Notes: a model not told the origin generated them from the sequence alone. A DNA stretch of 32,000 bases from Thermofilum pendens Hrk 5 (GCF_000015225.1 NC_008698.1:1470001-1502000); one strand, 5' to 3'. Shown: positions 6,857 to 15,878, counted from the stretch's first letter. Made by a program: numbers and translations.

Positions 6857-7588
6857 ATGACTCTCTTAGAGGCTTTGGACTTGCACGTCGAGGTGGGAGG
6901 CGCCGAGGTGCTGAGAGGGGTTAGCCTCGGCGTCGGCGAGGCCGAGGTGCACTTCCTGATGGGGCCCAACGCAGCTGGCAAGACTACCCTCCTGTCGGCG
7001 CTGGCGGGGCTTCCCAGGGTCCGCGTGGTCTCCGGAAGAGTCCTCTTGGACGGCGAGGACGTGACCGGTCTACCGGTGGTGGAGAGGGCTAGGAGGGGCG
7101 TGGCGCTGGCCTACCAGATCCCGCCGGAGCTCGTGGGGGTCCCCTTGAGGAGCCTCGCCAAGCTGGTTTCTGGGAGGTTCGGCACCGGGGCGTACGTGGA
7201 GGAGCTTTCACGCAGGCTACGACTGGAGCACCTGATGGGCAGGGACTCCTTCAGGGGTTTTAGCGGGGGCGAGCGGAAGAGGGCGGAGCTGTTCCTAGTC
7301 GCGTTGATGCGCCCCAGGCTCGCGTTGCTCGACGAGCCGGACAGCGGGGTGGACCTTGACAGCCTCTGGTTGATAGCGGATGCCCTGAGCTTCGTCTCGG
7401 AGGAGTTCGGCACGGCAATGATCGTGGTGACACACACCAGGGCTCTCATAGAGAAGGTTGGCGGCACGGCTGCACACGTCCTCTGCGATGGGAGGATAGT
7501 GTACAGCGGCGCCCCGGGGAGCGTGGCCGGGCTCGTAGAGGAGAGGGGCTTTAAGGGGCTGTGCGGTGAGGCTGATGGAGCGCGTTGA
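6857..7588 (+). CDS. sufC: Fe-S cluster assembly ATPase SufC
   Basis: Walker A GPNAAGKTT, signature FSGGERKR, Walker B LALLDEPDSGVD, H-loop VTHT. Length of about 243 aa and adjacency to a SufB/D gene. Confidence 0.92.
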   Translation: MTLLEALDLHVEVGGAEVLRGVSLGVGEAEVHFLMGPNAAGKTTLLSALAGLPRVRVVSGRVLLDGEDVTGLPVVERARRGVALAYQIPPELVGVPLRSLAKLVSGRFGTGAYVEELSRRLRLEHLMGRDSFRGFSGGERKRAELFLVALMRPRLALLDEPDSGVDLDSLWLIADALSFVSEEFGTAMIVVTHTRALIEKVGGTAAHVLCDGRIVYSGAPGSVAGLVEERGFKGLCGEADGAR

Positions 7589-8786
7589 AGCGGCTAGGAA
7601 GGCGCTGTCGAAGCCCTCTCCCTATGGCCCGGACCTCGATTTATCGTCCTTCAGGGTCGCGGCGCCGGGGTACTCCGCCGGGGAGCCGCCCAGGGCTGTC
7701 TCCTCCTCCGTGAAGGAGAGAGTCGGCATAGACGTTTCCCGGGCGAGCTACGTCCAGGTGGGCGAGACTATCTTTGCGAGGGTTCTAGCCGAGAGGCTAT
7801 TCCGGGAATACGGGGTCGTGGTGAAGCCCCTCTCGAAGGCTTTGAAGGAGGACGGGCCCGCCGCGAGGGTAGCTTGGTCCCTGATAGACCCGGCGACGGA
7901 CAAGTACACCGCCTACGCCTACCTCTACGGCGGGGAGGCCGGCTACTACGTCTACGTACCGCCAGGCGTCAAGGTCGACGTGCCGATATACACCTGCCTG
8001 AGCCTCTTCACAGGGGAGGAGGTCCAGTTCGCTCACAACGTCGTCTACCTCGACGAGGGGGCGGAGGCTGTCGTCACGACGGGTTGCCTCGTGCCGCACG
8101 GCGTCAAGGGAGGGCTCCACGTGGGGCTTTCGGAGTTCTTCGTGGGTCCCGGCGCGAGGCTCGTCTTCACCATGCTCCACGCGTGGGGCGAGGGTACGCA
8201 CGTACGCCCCAGGACTGCGGTGAGGGTGGAGGAGGGCGGAGAATACGTGAGCTACTACGCCGTGTACAGCCCGGTAGCGTCCCTGCAGACGTACCCCAGG
8301 GTTTACCTGTATAGGCGGGCGAGCGCCAAGCTAACCTCCGTAGTCGCCGGCACGGGGCCCGGCGTCTACGACGTGGGTGGAGGGGCCGTGCTTCTGGGAG
8401 AGGGGAGCAGCGCGGAGCTCGTCTCCAGGGTGCTCGGGAGCAAGGGGTCTACGATAGTCTCCAGGGGGTCTGTAGAGGCGGAGGCCAACGACGTGAAGGG
8501 GCACATAGAGTGCCTTGGGGTCATGCTCGACCCCTCTTCGACCATAGAAGCTGTCCCGGTGCTGAAGTCCAGGGTGGAGAGGGCTGAGCTGACGCACGAG
8601 GCGGCTATAGGCATGCTCTCCGGGGAGAAGATAGAGTACCTTATGGCTAGGGGGTTCAGCGAGGAGGAGGCGAGGTCTATACTCCTGAGGGGCTACCTCA
8701 CAGCGGAGACCCCGGGCCTACCTGAGAGCGTTAAAGGCGAGATCGAAAGGGTAATAGAGTACGTCGTGAGGCACGCCCTCGGGTAG
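7566..8786 (+). CDS. sufB: Fe-S cluster assembly scaffold of the SufB/SufD family (SufB-like, 406 aa)
   Basis: Overlaps sufC by 23 nt (GTG 7566; ATG 7575 is an alternative). The C-terminal pattern KGHIECLGVML...THEAAIGMLSGEKIEYLMARGFSEEEARSILLRGYL matches SufB/SufD (..C.sLll..HEA.vg.i.eeqlfYL.sRG.seeeA). The conserved Cys favours SufB over SufD. Confidence 0.8.
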   Translation: MRLMERVEAARKALSKPSPYGPDLDLSSFRVAAPGYSAGEPPRAVSSSVKERVGIDVSRASYVQVGETIFARVLAERLFREYGVVVKPLSKALKEDGPAARVAWSLIDPATDKYTAYAYLYGGEAGYYVYVPPGVKVDVPIYTCLSLFTGEEVQFAHNVVYLDEGAEAVVTTGCLVPHGVKGGLHVGLSEFFVGPGARLVFTMLHAWGEGTHVRPRTAVRVEEGGEYVSYYAVYSPVASLQTYPRVYLYRRASAKLTSVVAGTGPGVYDVGGGAVLLGEGSSAELVSRVLGSKGSTIVSRGSVEAEANDVKGHIECLGVMLDPSSTIEAVPVLKSRVERAELTHEAAIGMLSGEKIEYLMARGFSEEEARSILLRGYLTAETPGLPESVKGEIERVIEYVVRHALG

Positions 8787-8790
8787 GGGC

Positions 8791-10701
8791 TCACGCCTTG
8801 TCGAACTTGAAGGGGCTTATCACCGGCCCGTAGCGCGCGCCGGCGTCTTTAAGCCTCCTCTCCTGGTCCCTGAGTATTTCGAAGAGTAGTGGAGGGGCAT
8901 CGCTGTCCTCCAGGTACGCTTTGTACACTCTCTCCACCTTGCCCAGGTAGTTTAGAACCCTCACGGAGAACATCTCTTCGTAGAGCCCCTCGGGGAACTC
9001 CTTGCCGAGGTGCTTGTCGAAGATCTCCCTGAGATCCTCGTAGACAGGCACGTAGCCTACGGGCGTTTTAACCGCGCCTACCTCGCCGTTAACCCTCGCC
9101 TCCATCCACCTCAGCCACGCCAGCTTGTCGCGCTTCTCCGCTAGGTAGTTGCCGTCCTTCCCCCTCAGGAAGTAGTTGACCCCGAATATCTTCGGCGTGA
9201 CTCTGAGCTTCCCCGCGAACCTGAAGTGGAGCTCCGTGAAAGCCCCGGGGGATATGGGCAGGAAGTCGAGGATAGCGTAAGGGTTTAGCTCTGTCACCCC
9301 TACCTGCCCGATCACGGCGGCGGTCTTCTCGCTTTCAAGCGCCGCGCCCATCATCACCACTCCGTGGTTCCAGTCGAAGGACTCGAGTACGGGGGGAAGG
9401 GTAGAGGAATCCCTGCCACCAAACACCATCGCGGAGAGGGGGACTCCGCCCGGGTCGTCTATTCTCGGGTCTAGCTTCGGGAAGTGCCTGATGCTGAGCG
9501 TGAACCTAGCGTTGGGGTGCGAGGGTGGAACCTCCTTTCCGCCTTCGTCCCTCTTGCCGGGCCACCACTCGCCTGCGTAGTTTAGGCCTTCCCTGGGCTC
9601 CTCGGGCTTCCCCCTCCACCACACCTCCCCGTCCCTCGTGAGCAACACGTTGCTGAATATTACTTCCACCTCGGGGTTCGTGAGTAAACTGTAGATCTCC
9701 GGGTCGTCGGCCGGGTTCACGCCGTCTATTATCCCGAACATGCCGACCTCTGGGTTCACCGCAACCGCTACGCCGTTAACGGCGTGTATCAGCGCTAGGT
9801 CGTCCCCAACGACCGTGTCCGCGATCATGGCGGTGGACGTTTTCCCGCAACCAGCCGGGAAAGCCCCCGCGAAGTAGGTTAGCCTGCCTCCGCGCCCCTT
9901 CAACCCGACGATGAACATGTGCTCGGCAAGCCAGCCCTCCTTGTAGCCCTTGTATACAGCAAGCCTGAGGGCGAGCTTTTTCAGGCCCACGGTGTTCCCG
10001 GCGTACTGAGTGTTGACGGAGTAAACAGTGCTGTTCTCAACGTCGATGTAGATCCTGCGCTTATCAGTGTTCTTGCTCCAACCCCTCTCGTCCCTCTCCC
10101 CCGCAGAGTGCACGAACAGCATGTACTCCACGTCCTCTCCTTTCTCCACGAAGTCCCGGTAAGCGTTTCTGTAGAGCAGTTCCTCGCTGTGAGTAACGTA
10201 CGCCGAGTCCGTTACCTGGACGCCGTAGAGGGAGAAGGGAGAGCCCCGGGGTCCGTAGAGGTAGAAGGACACGAAGGCTTCCCTTCCGCGCATTACTCCC
10301 TCGAAGAGCTCCCTTAGCTCCTCCACGCCCCTCCCCCTGTCGTAGGTATTGACCATCGCTACCCGCCTTCCGCCGGGGTAGAGGATTCTCGTGTTCGCGA
10401 CGTCCCTTGCGAGGTCCTTCGCTCCGTCGAAATGGACGGTGTGCCTCTCGTATCTCGTCGGGAGCTCCTCCCCGTTATCGAGCGCCCTCCTCCTTATGTA
10501 CTCTCTGTCGCTCTCGCTACCCGTGTTCACGAATAGGCTTGAGGGCTTAGCCACCAGGATGACGGCAGCTATGTCCCTCAGGAGCCTGGAGTTCCTCGTC
10601 CTCAGGAGCCTCTCGAAGTGCTCGTCCGAGGTTTTCCCCCTTATAAGGCTCAGCGATTCCTCTGTTGACAGCTCGACCCCCAGTACCGGTAGCCTATTCA
10701 C
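8791..10701 (-). CDS. pckG: GTP-dependent phosphoenolpyruvate carboxykinase
   Basis: 636 aa with kinase-1a P-loop context FPAGCGKTSTAM. Overall architecture of the archaeal/eukaryotic-type GTP-PEPCK, including PNARFT and GVNYFLR-type motifs. An ATTATTTAT TATA-like element lies about 25-30 nt upstream, around 10725-10735. Confidence 0.92.
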   Translation of the reverse strand: MNRLPVLGVELSTEESLSLIRGKTSDEHFERLLRTRNSRLLRDIAAVILVAKPSSLFVNTGSESDREYIRRRALDNGEELPTRYERHTVHFDGAKDLARDVANTRILYPGGRRVAMVNTYDRGRGVEELRELFEGVMRGREAFVSFYLYGPRGSPFSLYGVQVTDSAYVTHSEELLYRNAYRDFVEKGEDVEYMLFVHSAGERDERGWSKNTDKRRIYIDVENSTVYSVNTQYAGNTVGLKKLALRLAVYKGYKEGWLAEHMFIVGLKGRGGRLTYFAGAFPAGCGKTSTAMIADTVVGDDLALIHAVNGVAVAVNPEVGMFGIIDGVNPADDPEIYSLLTNPEVEVIFSNVLLTRDGEVWWRGKPEEPREGLNYAGEWWPGKRDEGGKEVPPSHPNARFTLSIRHFPKLDPRIDDPGGVPLSAMVFGGRDSSTLPPVLESFDWNHGVVMMGAALESEKTAAVIGQVGVTELNPYAILDFLPISPGAFTELHFRFAGKLRVTPKIFGVNYFLRGKDGNYLAEKRDKLAWLRWMEARVNGEVGAVKTPVGYVPVYEDLREIFDKHLGKEFPEGLYEEMFSVRVLNYLGKVERVYKAYLEDSDAPPLLFEILRDQERRLKDAGARYGPVISPFKFDKA

Positions 10702-10793
10702 AAGTATTCCTCGCTATCCGGGATAAATAATTTTTCTCGTTTCAGAACATATGGTAAACCCTCTAGCCGCATGCTTTTTGAAATTATTTCATT

Positions 10794-12155
10794 CTACAAG
10801 AGTAGGAACGGCGCGTATACGAGCATGTTCAGCGCAGTTACGAGCACGCCTACCCTGAGGAACTCCGTGAATGTTATCGTCGTCTTGAAGCGCCTTTCGA
10901 GCATCTCGAGAATGATGATATTCGAAGCCGCGCCCAGCAGGGTAAGGTTGCCGGCGATGGTTGAAGCTGTTGCCAGCGTTAGCCAGGCTCGGACATCGGT
11001 ACTCGAGTAGCCTAGCCCCCTCATGTACTCCACCATTATGCTTGCCAGCGGCACGTTACTCAGGAACTGGCTCAGCGCCAGCGAGAGGAGGGCTATCGCG
11101 AAGAGATCCCGGGCTCCGGTAGCCTTCTCGGGGAGCAAGAGCCGTAGTGCGGGGTCGACGACCCCGCTCCTCATAACCCCCGCGACCGTTATGAACATGG
11201 TTATGAAGAACACTACGGTGGACCAGTCGACCCTCGAGAGGATCCTCCTCGGGTTGGAGGTGAACGGGTAGATAGCGGCGGCAGCGACGAACGGTATAAT
11301 GCCCCTGTCCGATACGTGCGGCATCCCGGCGAGCTCGAGGAAGTCGTTGACCACCAGCGCGAGAACTGTTCCGGCGAGGCCGGCGGCCGCCAGGGCGGCA
11401 TCCCTCCTGTTCCTTATGGCTTCCTCCGGGATCAGCGCCACCTGCACCTTAGCGTCCCTCAGCCCATAGAGCTTGGAGAGCAGGTAGGCCGTTAGGAGCA
11501 GGTTGACGAGCGTGGGTACCGCCAGCCTAGCCGTGAATACCAGCATTGGGGCCGGCATCCCGGAGCCCGAGGCTATGAGCACGTTCTGGGGGTTCCCTAT
11601 GGGGGTCATCGCCGACCCTATCGTTATCGAAAAGGCCAGGAGGAGGAACATCGCCTTGGGGTCTATGCCGGCCGCCCGCGAAATCACGTACGCCACCGCG
11701 GGGCCCATGAGGGCAACGGTGTCGTTTACCGCGAACGCGGCGAGCAGGCCGAAGAGAACGGCCGACGCGTAGAAGAGCTTCACCCTGCTGTGAAACCTGG
11801 ATACGAAGAAGTAGGAGGCGGCAGTGAGGAGCCCGCTCGTCTCCGCGAGCCCTACTATGCTGAACATACCCACGAGGAATAGTATCACGTCTACGTCTAC
11901 GCTCTTCCTCACGTCGTCTATGCCGAGAAGCCCCGTGGCTACGACTATGAAAGAGGCAAACGCCATGATGCTCCACACAGGAGTCTTAGGCCTCCTGCTA
12001 CGCGCCACGAGGGCTACCGTTAGGTACACCAGTACACCGGCACCTATCAGGGGCTTCGCGTCGAACATACGCTTCCAACACTCAGAACCCGTTGCGAAAA
12101 ACGTTTCTCTCATGTGCACGGAGTAGACGAATGCCACCCGCAAGGCGAGCATCAC
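10794..12155 (-). CDS. ArsB/NhaD-superfamily anion or ion permease (CitMHS/P-protein-like)
   Basis: A polytopic membrane protein with the duplicated pattern typical of the family (GSAMTPIGNPQNVLI ... ASTIAGNLTLLGAASNIIIL) and SQFLSNVPLA. The true start is more likely ATG 12068 (MFDAKPLIGAG...) than 12155. Confidence 0.8.
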   Translation of the reverse strand: MMLALRVAFVYSVHMRETFFATGSECWKRMFDAKPLIGAGVLVYLTVALVARSRRPKTPVWSIMAFASFIVVATGLLGIDDVRKSVDVDVILFLVGMFSIVGLAETSGLLTAASYFFVSRFHSRVKLFYASAVLFGLLAAFAVNDTVALMGPAVAYVISRAAGIDPKAMFLLLAFSITIGSAMTPIGNPQNVLIASGSGMPAPMLVFTARLAVPTLVNLLLTAYLLSKLYGLRDAKVQVALIPEEAIRNRRDAALAAAGLAGTVLALVVNDFLELAGMPHVSDRGIIPFVAAAAIYPFTSNPRRILSRVDWSTVVFFITMFITVAGVMRSGVVDPALRLLLPEKATGARDLFAIALLSLALSQFLSNVPLASIMVEYMRGLGYSSTDVRAWLTLATASTIAGNLTLLGAASNIIILEMLERRFKTTITFTEFLRVGVLVTALNMLVYAPFLLL

Positions 12156-12336
12156 GGATACGAGCTCGGAGAGTGTTAAGGGCCTGAATCAGCTCGATGA
12201 AAATTGCAGACGAAAACGCTAGCACAAGTATAACCGGCATGGTTGTAGACGCGTGGAGAAGTGGGCTAACGATAAAGCTGTCTTCCGCGGCATTAAAGCG
12301 AAAAAGTTTATCTTAGACTAAAAGGCTACTAAGAAC

Positions 12337-12912
12337 GTGGCTACAGAGCTAAAGCGTTCAAGAAAAGTGCTGTCTACTACAGATATTGTCGCCATGGGTA
12401 TTGGAACGGCGCTCTACGCTGCCTTCAACGTTTTCTTCAACATTCTCCAGATACCTGGATCACAACTCGTCTCCGTGCGTCCCAGCGTAAGTATACCCAT
12501 GTTCTTCGGCCACGTATTCGGCCCAGTTGTAGGCTTTGTAGTGGGGTTTCTCGGAAACACGATAAGTGACGCTGTGAGCTGGGGAGGTTTCTGGTGGAAC
12601 TGGGACGTGGGCAACGGGCTCCTCGGACTGATATCCGGGCTGGCATCGTACATTATTAAGCGCGAAGAGCTACTAGAGAAGAAGGGGTTAATGGTAGCGT
12701 CGGTACTCGCAGTCGTAGGATCTATAGTCGGCATGGGCTTCGCGTCCTTTACTGACTACATTTTCGGGTATGGGATATCTACGATCGAAGAGGCAATATA
12801 CGCGTTGTTCCTACCAGCCGCTGTGACCGACGCCGTTAACGGCGCCATACTCACCCCTGTCTTGATCAAAGCTTATAGTGCGGCGGTAAAAGGCAGGTCT
12901 AGGAGAACCTAG
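12337..12912 (+). CDS. ECF transporter substrate-capture (S) component, module 1; specificity unknown
   Basis: 191 aa, about 6 TM segments, GTG start 30 nt downstream of AAGTTTAT (12303-12310). It sits immediately upstream of ecfT (1-nt gap). A small Gly/aromatic-rich integral membrane protein, typical of S components. Confidence 0.65.
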   Translation: MATELKRSRKVLSTTDIVAMGIGTALYAAFNVFFNILQIPGSQLVSVRPSVSIPMFFGHVFGPVVGFVVGFLGNTISDAVSWGGFWWNWDVGNGLLGLISGLASYIIKREELLEKKGLMVASVLAVVGSIVGMGFASFTDYIFGYGISTIEEAIYALFLPAAVTDAVNGAILTPVLIKAYSAAVKGRSRRT

Positions 12913-12913
12913 A

Positions 12914-13705
12914 ATGTCGAGCAGAATAGTTAGGTACATTGAAGGGAGTAGCATCGTACACAGACTGGATCCCAGGGTTAAACTATTTTTTGTTGGAAGC
13001 GTGGTTTTAGCGGCTTCGCTTTCCTACAACCTCCTTCTAGCGGTACTAACACTAGCATTAGGCCTATCGTTCTATCTTCTCGCAAGGCTTCCCTTCTCGA
13101 AAACGAAGAACACTTGGAAGTTCATACTGATCGTAGCCCTGGTTCTGTCTTTCCTGAACTATCTGTTCGTAGCTGTGCTCTACCATAGGCCGCGCGGAGA
13201 GCTATTAGAGGCATTTATGAGCGCGGAGCTCCTCTCCAGGTCTATCACTCCTGTACTCAAGCTTCTAGCGGTAGCAACAGTTACGGTCGCGTTCGTTTAC
13301 ACAACTCCTCCTCACCTTTACGCTCCTGCGCTAGGACAACTCGGGCTGAGCTACAGGGCCGCGTATGCCGTACATCTAGGTTTTAGGTACTTCCCTCAGT
13401 TCGTGGACGAGTTAAGGCGCACATTAGAAGCGCAGATGGCTAGGGGGTATAGGCCGCGGGGTGGGAAGAATCCTCTCGGCAGGATCTTAGCGGTAATCCC
13501 GTTGATAGTGCCCGTAACCGTGTCTGCAACGCTCTCCATCTACGATGTCTCCGATGCGATGGAGCTGAGGGGGTTCGGAGGGACAAAGTGCCATACGTGG
13601 TATAGAAAACTGTCCATGAAAACTCTGGACAAGGCTTTCGCTATACTTTCGGCTGTAATCTCGCTGGTATTCCTCGCTTTATACGTTCTTCGCCCCTTAC
13701 CATAG
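12914..13705 (+). CDS. ecfT: ECF transporter transmembrane (T) component EcfT/CbiQ family, module 1
   Basis: N-terminal VHRLDPRVKL motif and the coupling-helix motif AQMARGYRP (x-R-G). 263 aa with about 5-6 TM segments. Confidence 0.85.
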   Translation: MSSRIVRYIEGSSIVHRLDPRVKLFFVGSVVLAASLSYNLLLAVLTLALGLSFYLLARLPFSKTKNTWKFILIVALVLSFLNYLFVAVLYHRPRGELLEAFMSAELLSRSITPVLKLLAVATVTVAFVYTTPPHLYAPALGQLGLSYRAAYAVHLGFRYFPQFVDELRRTLEAQMARGYRPRGGKNPLGRILAVIPLIVPVTVSATLSIYDVSDAMELRGFGGTKCHTWYRKLSMKTLDKAFAILSAVISLVFLALYVLRPLP

Positions 13706-13754
13706 GCGCAAGCCTCTCACCAGCAAACCTTAAGCGTGAAAAGAATATCTGGCT

Positions 13755-13819
13755 GGGGGGCTTAGGAGGGTTGCACAACGTCATCCGCTACCCCGGGTGA
13801 GGTTGCCCTCCAGCCCCCC
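13755..13819 (-). ncRNA. Candidate small structured RNA: a 65-nt GC-rich imperfect hairpin (strand assignment tentative)
   Basis: Stems are 13755-13762/13812-13819 (8 bp), 13765-13770/13806-13811 (6 bp) and an apical 13781-13786/13795-13800 (6 bp including one G-U) with an 8-nt loop. On the minus strand, ATTTAAAA (13850-13843) lies about 26 nt upstream of the hairpin base, and TTCTTTTC (complement of 13738-13745) follows it. No tRNA or C/D-box features recognised. Confidence 0.3.
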
Positions 13820-13985
13820 TGTTCCTCGCTAAATGATCGGGGTTTTAAATGCTCTTCTACTGCTCCTTCGTAAAGATTTCTTGCCAATAGCCGTTTTCGT
13901 TAAATAGATTTCCTCCATTTTTTGGAAAAAGGTTCTAATCTTTATACACCCTCTTCGAAGACAAAGTAACGTTTCCGAGGGCTTG

Positions 13986-14654
13986 TTAAGGCATGCCCGT
14001 CAGCGCCAGGATTGGTGCCAGCAGGAGCGCCGGGAGCATGTTCCCCACGCGGATCCTCTTCAGCTTCAACAAATTGATGCCTACGCCTATTAGGAGCACT
14101 CCGCCTGCCGCGGTCAGCTCGTTCACCGACGCCTCTGGCAGGAGCGCCCCCGTCAGCGCTCCGAGCAACGCCAGGGATCCCTGGAAGGCCAGCACCAAGA
14201 CGGAGCTAAACACCACGCCTACACCCATAGCCGCGGCGTAGGCAACCGATGCGACGCCGTCCATGACGGACTTTGCCAGCAGTATGCTCGGGTCTCCCAA
14301 GCCGTCCCTGATAGACCCCACTACGGTCATTGGCCCCACGCAGAACGTCAGGAAGGCTGTGAGCATCCCGTCGACCACGCCCTGGGACCTCGTCCTCGAT
14401 ACTCTCTCCGAAAGCCTCTGAAGAGCTCCCTCCACGCCGAGGGCTTCGCCCACCAGGGAGCCGAGGAGCAACGAGACTATCATCGCCACGGGCTTTCTCG
14501 CTTGGAGCGCCATTTGAACCCCGATCGCCACTGTGAAAAGCCCAAGCACGTCGGCGACAAACGCTACTCTCTCGGCGTTCACGCTCTTCCTGAGGAGCAA
14601 ACCGACGAGGGACCCTGCCAGCACGGTCAGCGTGTTTACCAGGGTTCCGAGCAC
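13986..14654 (-). CDS. DUF554-family (YqgA/YdfK-like) membrane protein
   Basis: N-terminus MLGTLVNTLTVLAGSLVGLLLRK, and the 222-aa polytopic layout matches the DUF554 pattern (MiGtivN...iGsliG.llkk). GTG start. Confidence 0.8.
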   Translation of the reverse strand: MLGTLVNTLTVLAGSLVGLLLRKSVNAERVAFVADVLGLFTVAIGVQMALQARKPVAMIVSLLLGSLVGEALGVEGALQRLSERVSRTRSQGVVDGMLTAFLTFCVGPMTVVGSIRDGLGDPSILLAKSVMDGVASVAYAAAMGVGVVFSSVLVLAFQGSLALLGALTGALLPEASVNELTAAGGVLLIGVGINLLKLKRIRVGNMLPALLLAPILALTGMP

Positions 14655-14827
14655 CCCTAGATGTGGCAGAGAGCCTTTTTTAGCTTTTCTACGCCGGGGC
14701 TGAACACTTTCCCGCGAACCGCCAGTGGAAGTCTATGTGCCGAAAGTTTTGCCGGGGCAAAATGCTCGCCGTGTTTCAACCGCGTAGAGTATAGTTTTGC
14801 CTCGGACTTCCCGGGCTCCTTTTTCTT

Positions 14828-14857
14828 TTAAACCCTCCTAGCAATACAAGGGTTTAA
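14828..14857. promoter_or_regulatory. Perfect 9-bp inverted repeat TTAAACCCT-N12-AGGGTTTAA; candidate operator overlapping TATA-like elements
   Basis: The arms are 14828-14836 and 14849-14857. The right arm ends 38 nt upstream of GTG 14895, and a GGTGA SD-like element sits at 14887-14891. Each arm contains a TTTAA TATA-like core. Confidence 0.4.
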
Positions 14858-14894
14858 TCCTCAGGGGTGTAACGTCTAGAATCGACGGTGAAGG

Positions 14895-15878
14895 GTGAAG
14901 GTGGAGGAGGGAGACTCATCTAGTAGTAAACTTTTAGCGCTCTCAACCCCCCTGCTCAAGCTCACATCTCTCAGGAAGCTTCTCAACCTTGACGGCGCCG
15001 CTGTCTACTTGAAGTACGAGGGCTACAACCCCACGGGTACGCACAAGGACAGGGCTGCCCTCGCGCACGTGGGAGAGGCCGTTCTCAACGGCTACGACAC
15101 GGTGACGGTCGGGACCTGCGGTAACTACGGCGTCGCGGTAGCGTACTACGCTAGGCTCGCGGGGCTTAGGGCGGTGATATTCGTCCCGAAGGGCTACAGC
15201 AACAGTAGGGTGCCGGAGATGAAGAGGTACGGGGCGCGTGTAGTGGAGGTGGAGGGGCCCTACGAGGACGCGGTCGCGGTAAGCGTGAGCTCCGCAAGGG
15301 CTAACGGGTGGTACGACGCGAACCCCGGTAGCGTGAACGACCACGTTAGCATAGAGGCTTACTCCCTCATAGCGAGGGAGATCGTGAGGCAGCTCGGAGA
15401 CGCCCCTGCCGTAGTGGCTGTACCCGTGGGGAACGGAACCACGCTCGTAGGGATATACCACGGCTTCTACAGGCTGTACAGAGCCGGGGAGACTACGAGG
15501 ATCCCGAGGATGGTCGCTGCCAGCACGTCCAACGCGAACCAGCTCGTCTACTCCTGGAGCAGGGGGTCGACGGAGCCCCTACCGGTCGAGGTCTCCGAGG
15601 TGCGCGAAACCCCGGTGAACGAGCCGCTCGTCGCGATTAGGTCGCTGAACGCCGAGGAGGCTCTGAGAGCTATATACGCGTCTAAGGGCGCGGCGTTCGG
15701 CTTCAGCGACTCCGAGATGGTCGAGATGTCGATACTCCTCAGGGCGTTCGAGGGGGTAAGCGCTCTACCCGCGTCGGCGTCCGCGCTCCTGGCTGTACGC
15801 GAGTACCTTAAGGCAAACGAGGTCGACGGCCCGGTAGTAGCGGTGATAACGGGGAGATGGAGGAGGGAGAAGCGGTAA
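14895..15878 (+). CDS. Fold-type II PLP-dependent enzyme (threonine synthase/cysteine synthase-like PALP family)
   Basis: PLP-lysine motif YNPTGTHKDRAA, Gly-loop VPVGNGTTLVG, 327 aa. Shorter than canonical archaeal ThrC, so the specific reaction is unknown. Confidence 0.85.
   Translation: MKVEEGDSSSSKLLALSTPLLKLTSLRKLLNLDGAAVYLKYEGYNPTGTHKDRAALAHVGEAVLNGYDTVTVGTCGNYGVAVAYYARLAGLRAVIFVPKGYSNSRVPEMKRYGARVVEVEGPYEDAVAVSVSSARANGWYDANPGSVNDHVSIEAYSLIAREIVRQLGDAPAVVAVPVGNGTTLVGIYHGFYRLYRAGETTRIPRMVAASTSNANQLVYSWSRGSTEPLPVEVSEVRETPVNEPLVAIRSLNAEEALRAIYASKGAAFGFSDSEMVEMSILLRAFEGVSALPASASALLAVREYLKANEVDGPVVAVITGRWRREKR

Noticed and set aside
12156-12336. The 180-nt region upstream of the ECF S1 gene, scanned for C/D-box sRNA or tRNA features (CTGA and GATGA strings present)
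   Set aside because: The box order and spacing do not fit the C-D'-C'-D architecture. There are no terminal stem or guide-like segments. If the permease starts at ATG 12068, much of the wider region is simply promoter and 5' sequence.
14746-14761. Palindrome-like TTTTGCCGGGGCAAAA, and the repeated GCCGGGGC 8-mer (also at about 14693), in the DUF554/PLP divergent region
   Set aside because: It is short, the centre is not self-complementary, and as RNA it gives only a 6-bp stem. An 8-mer repeat in GC-rich DNA is expected by chance. I noted it only as a weak candidate site.
14849-14870. tRNA T-arm-like string AGGGTTTAATCCTCAGGGG
   Set aside because: No acceptor, D or anticodon stems can be built around it. 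It is better explained as the right arm of the 9-bp inverted repeat plus a TATA-like core.
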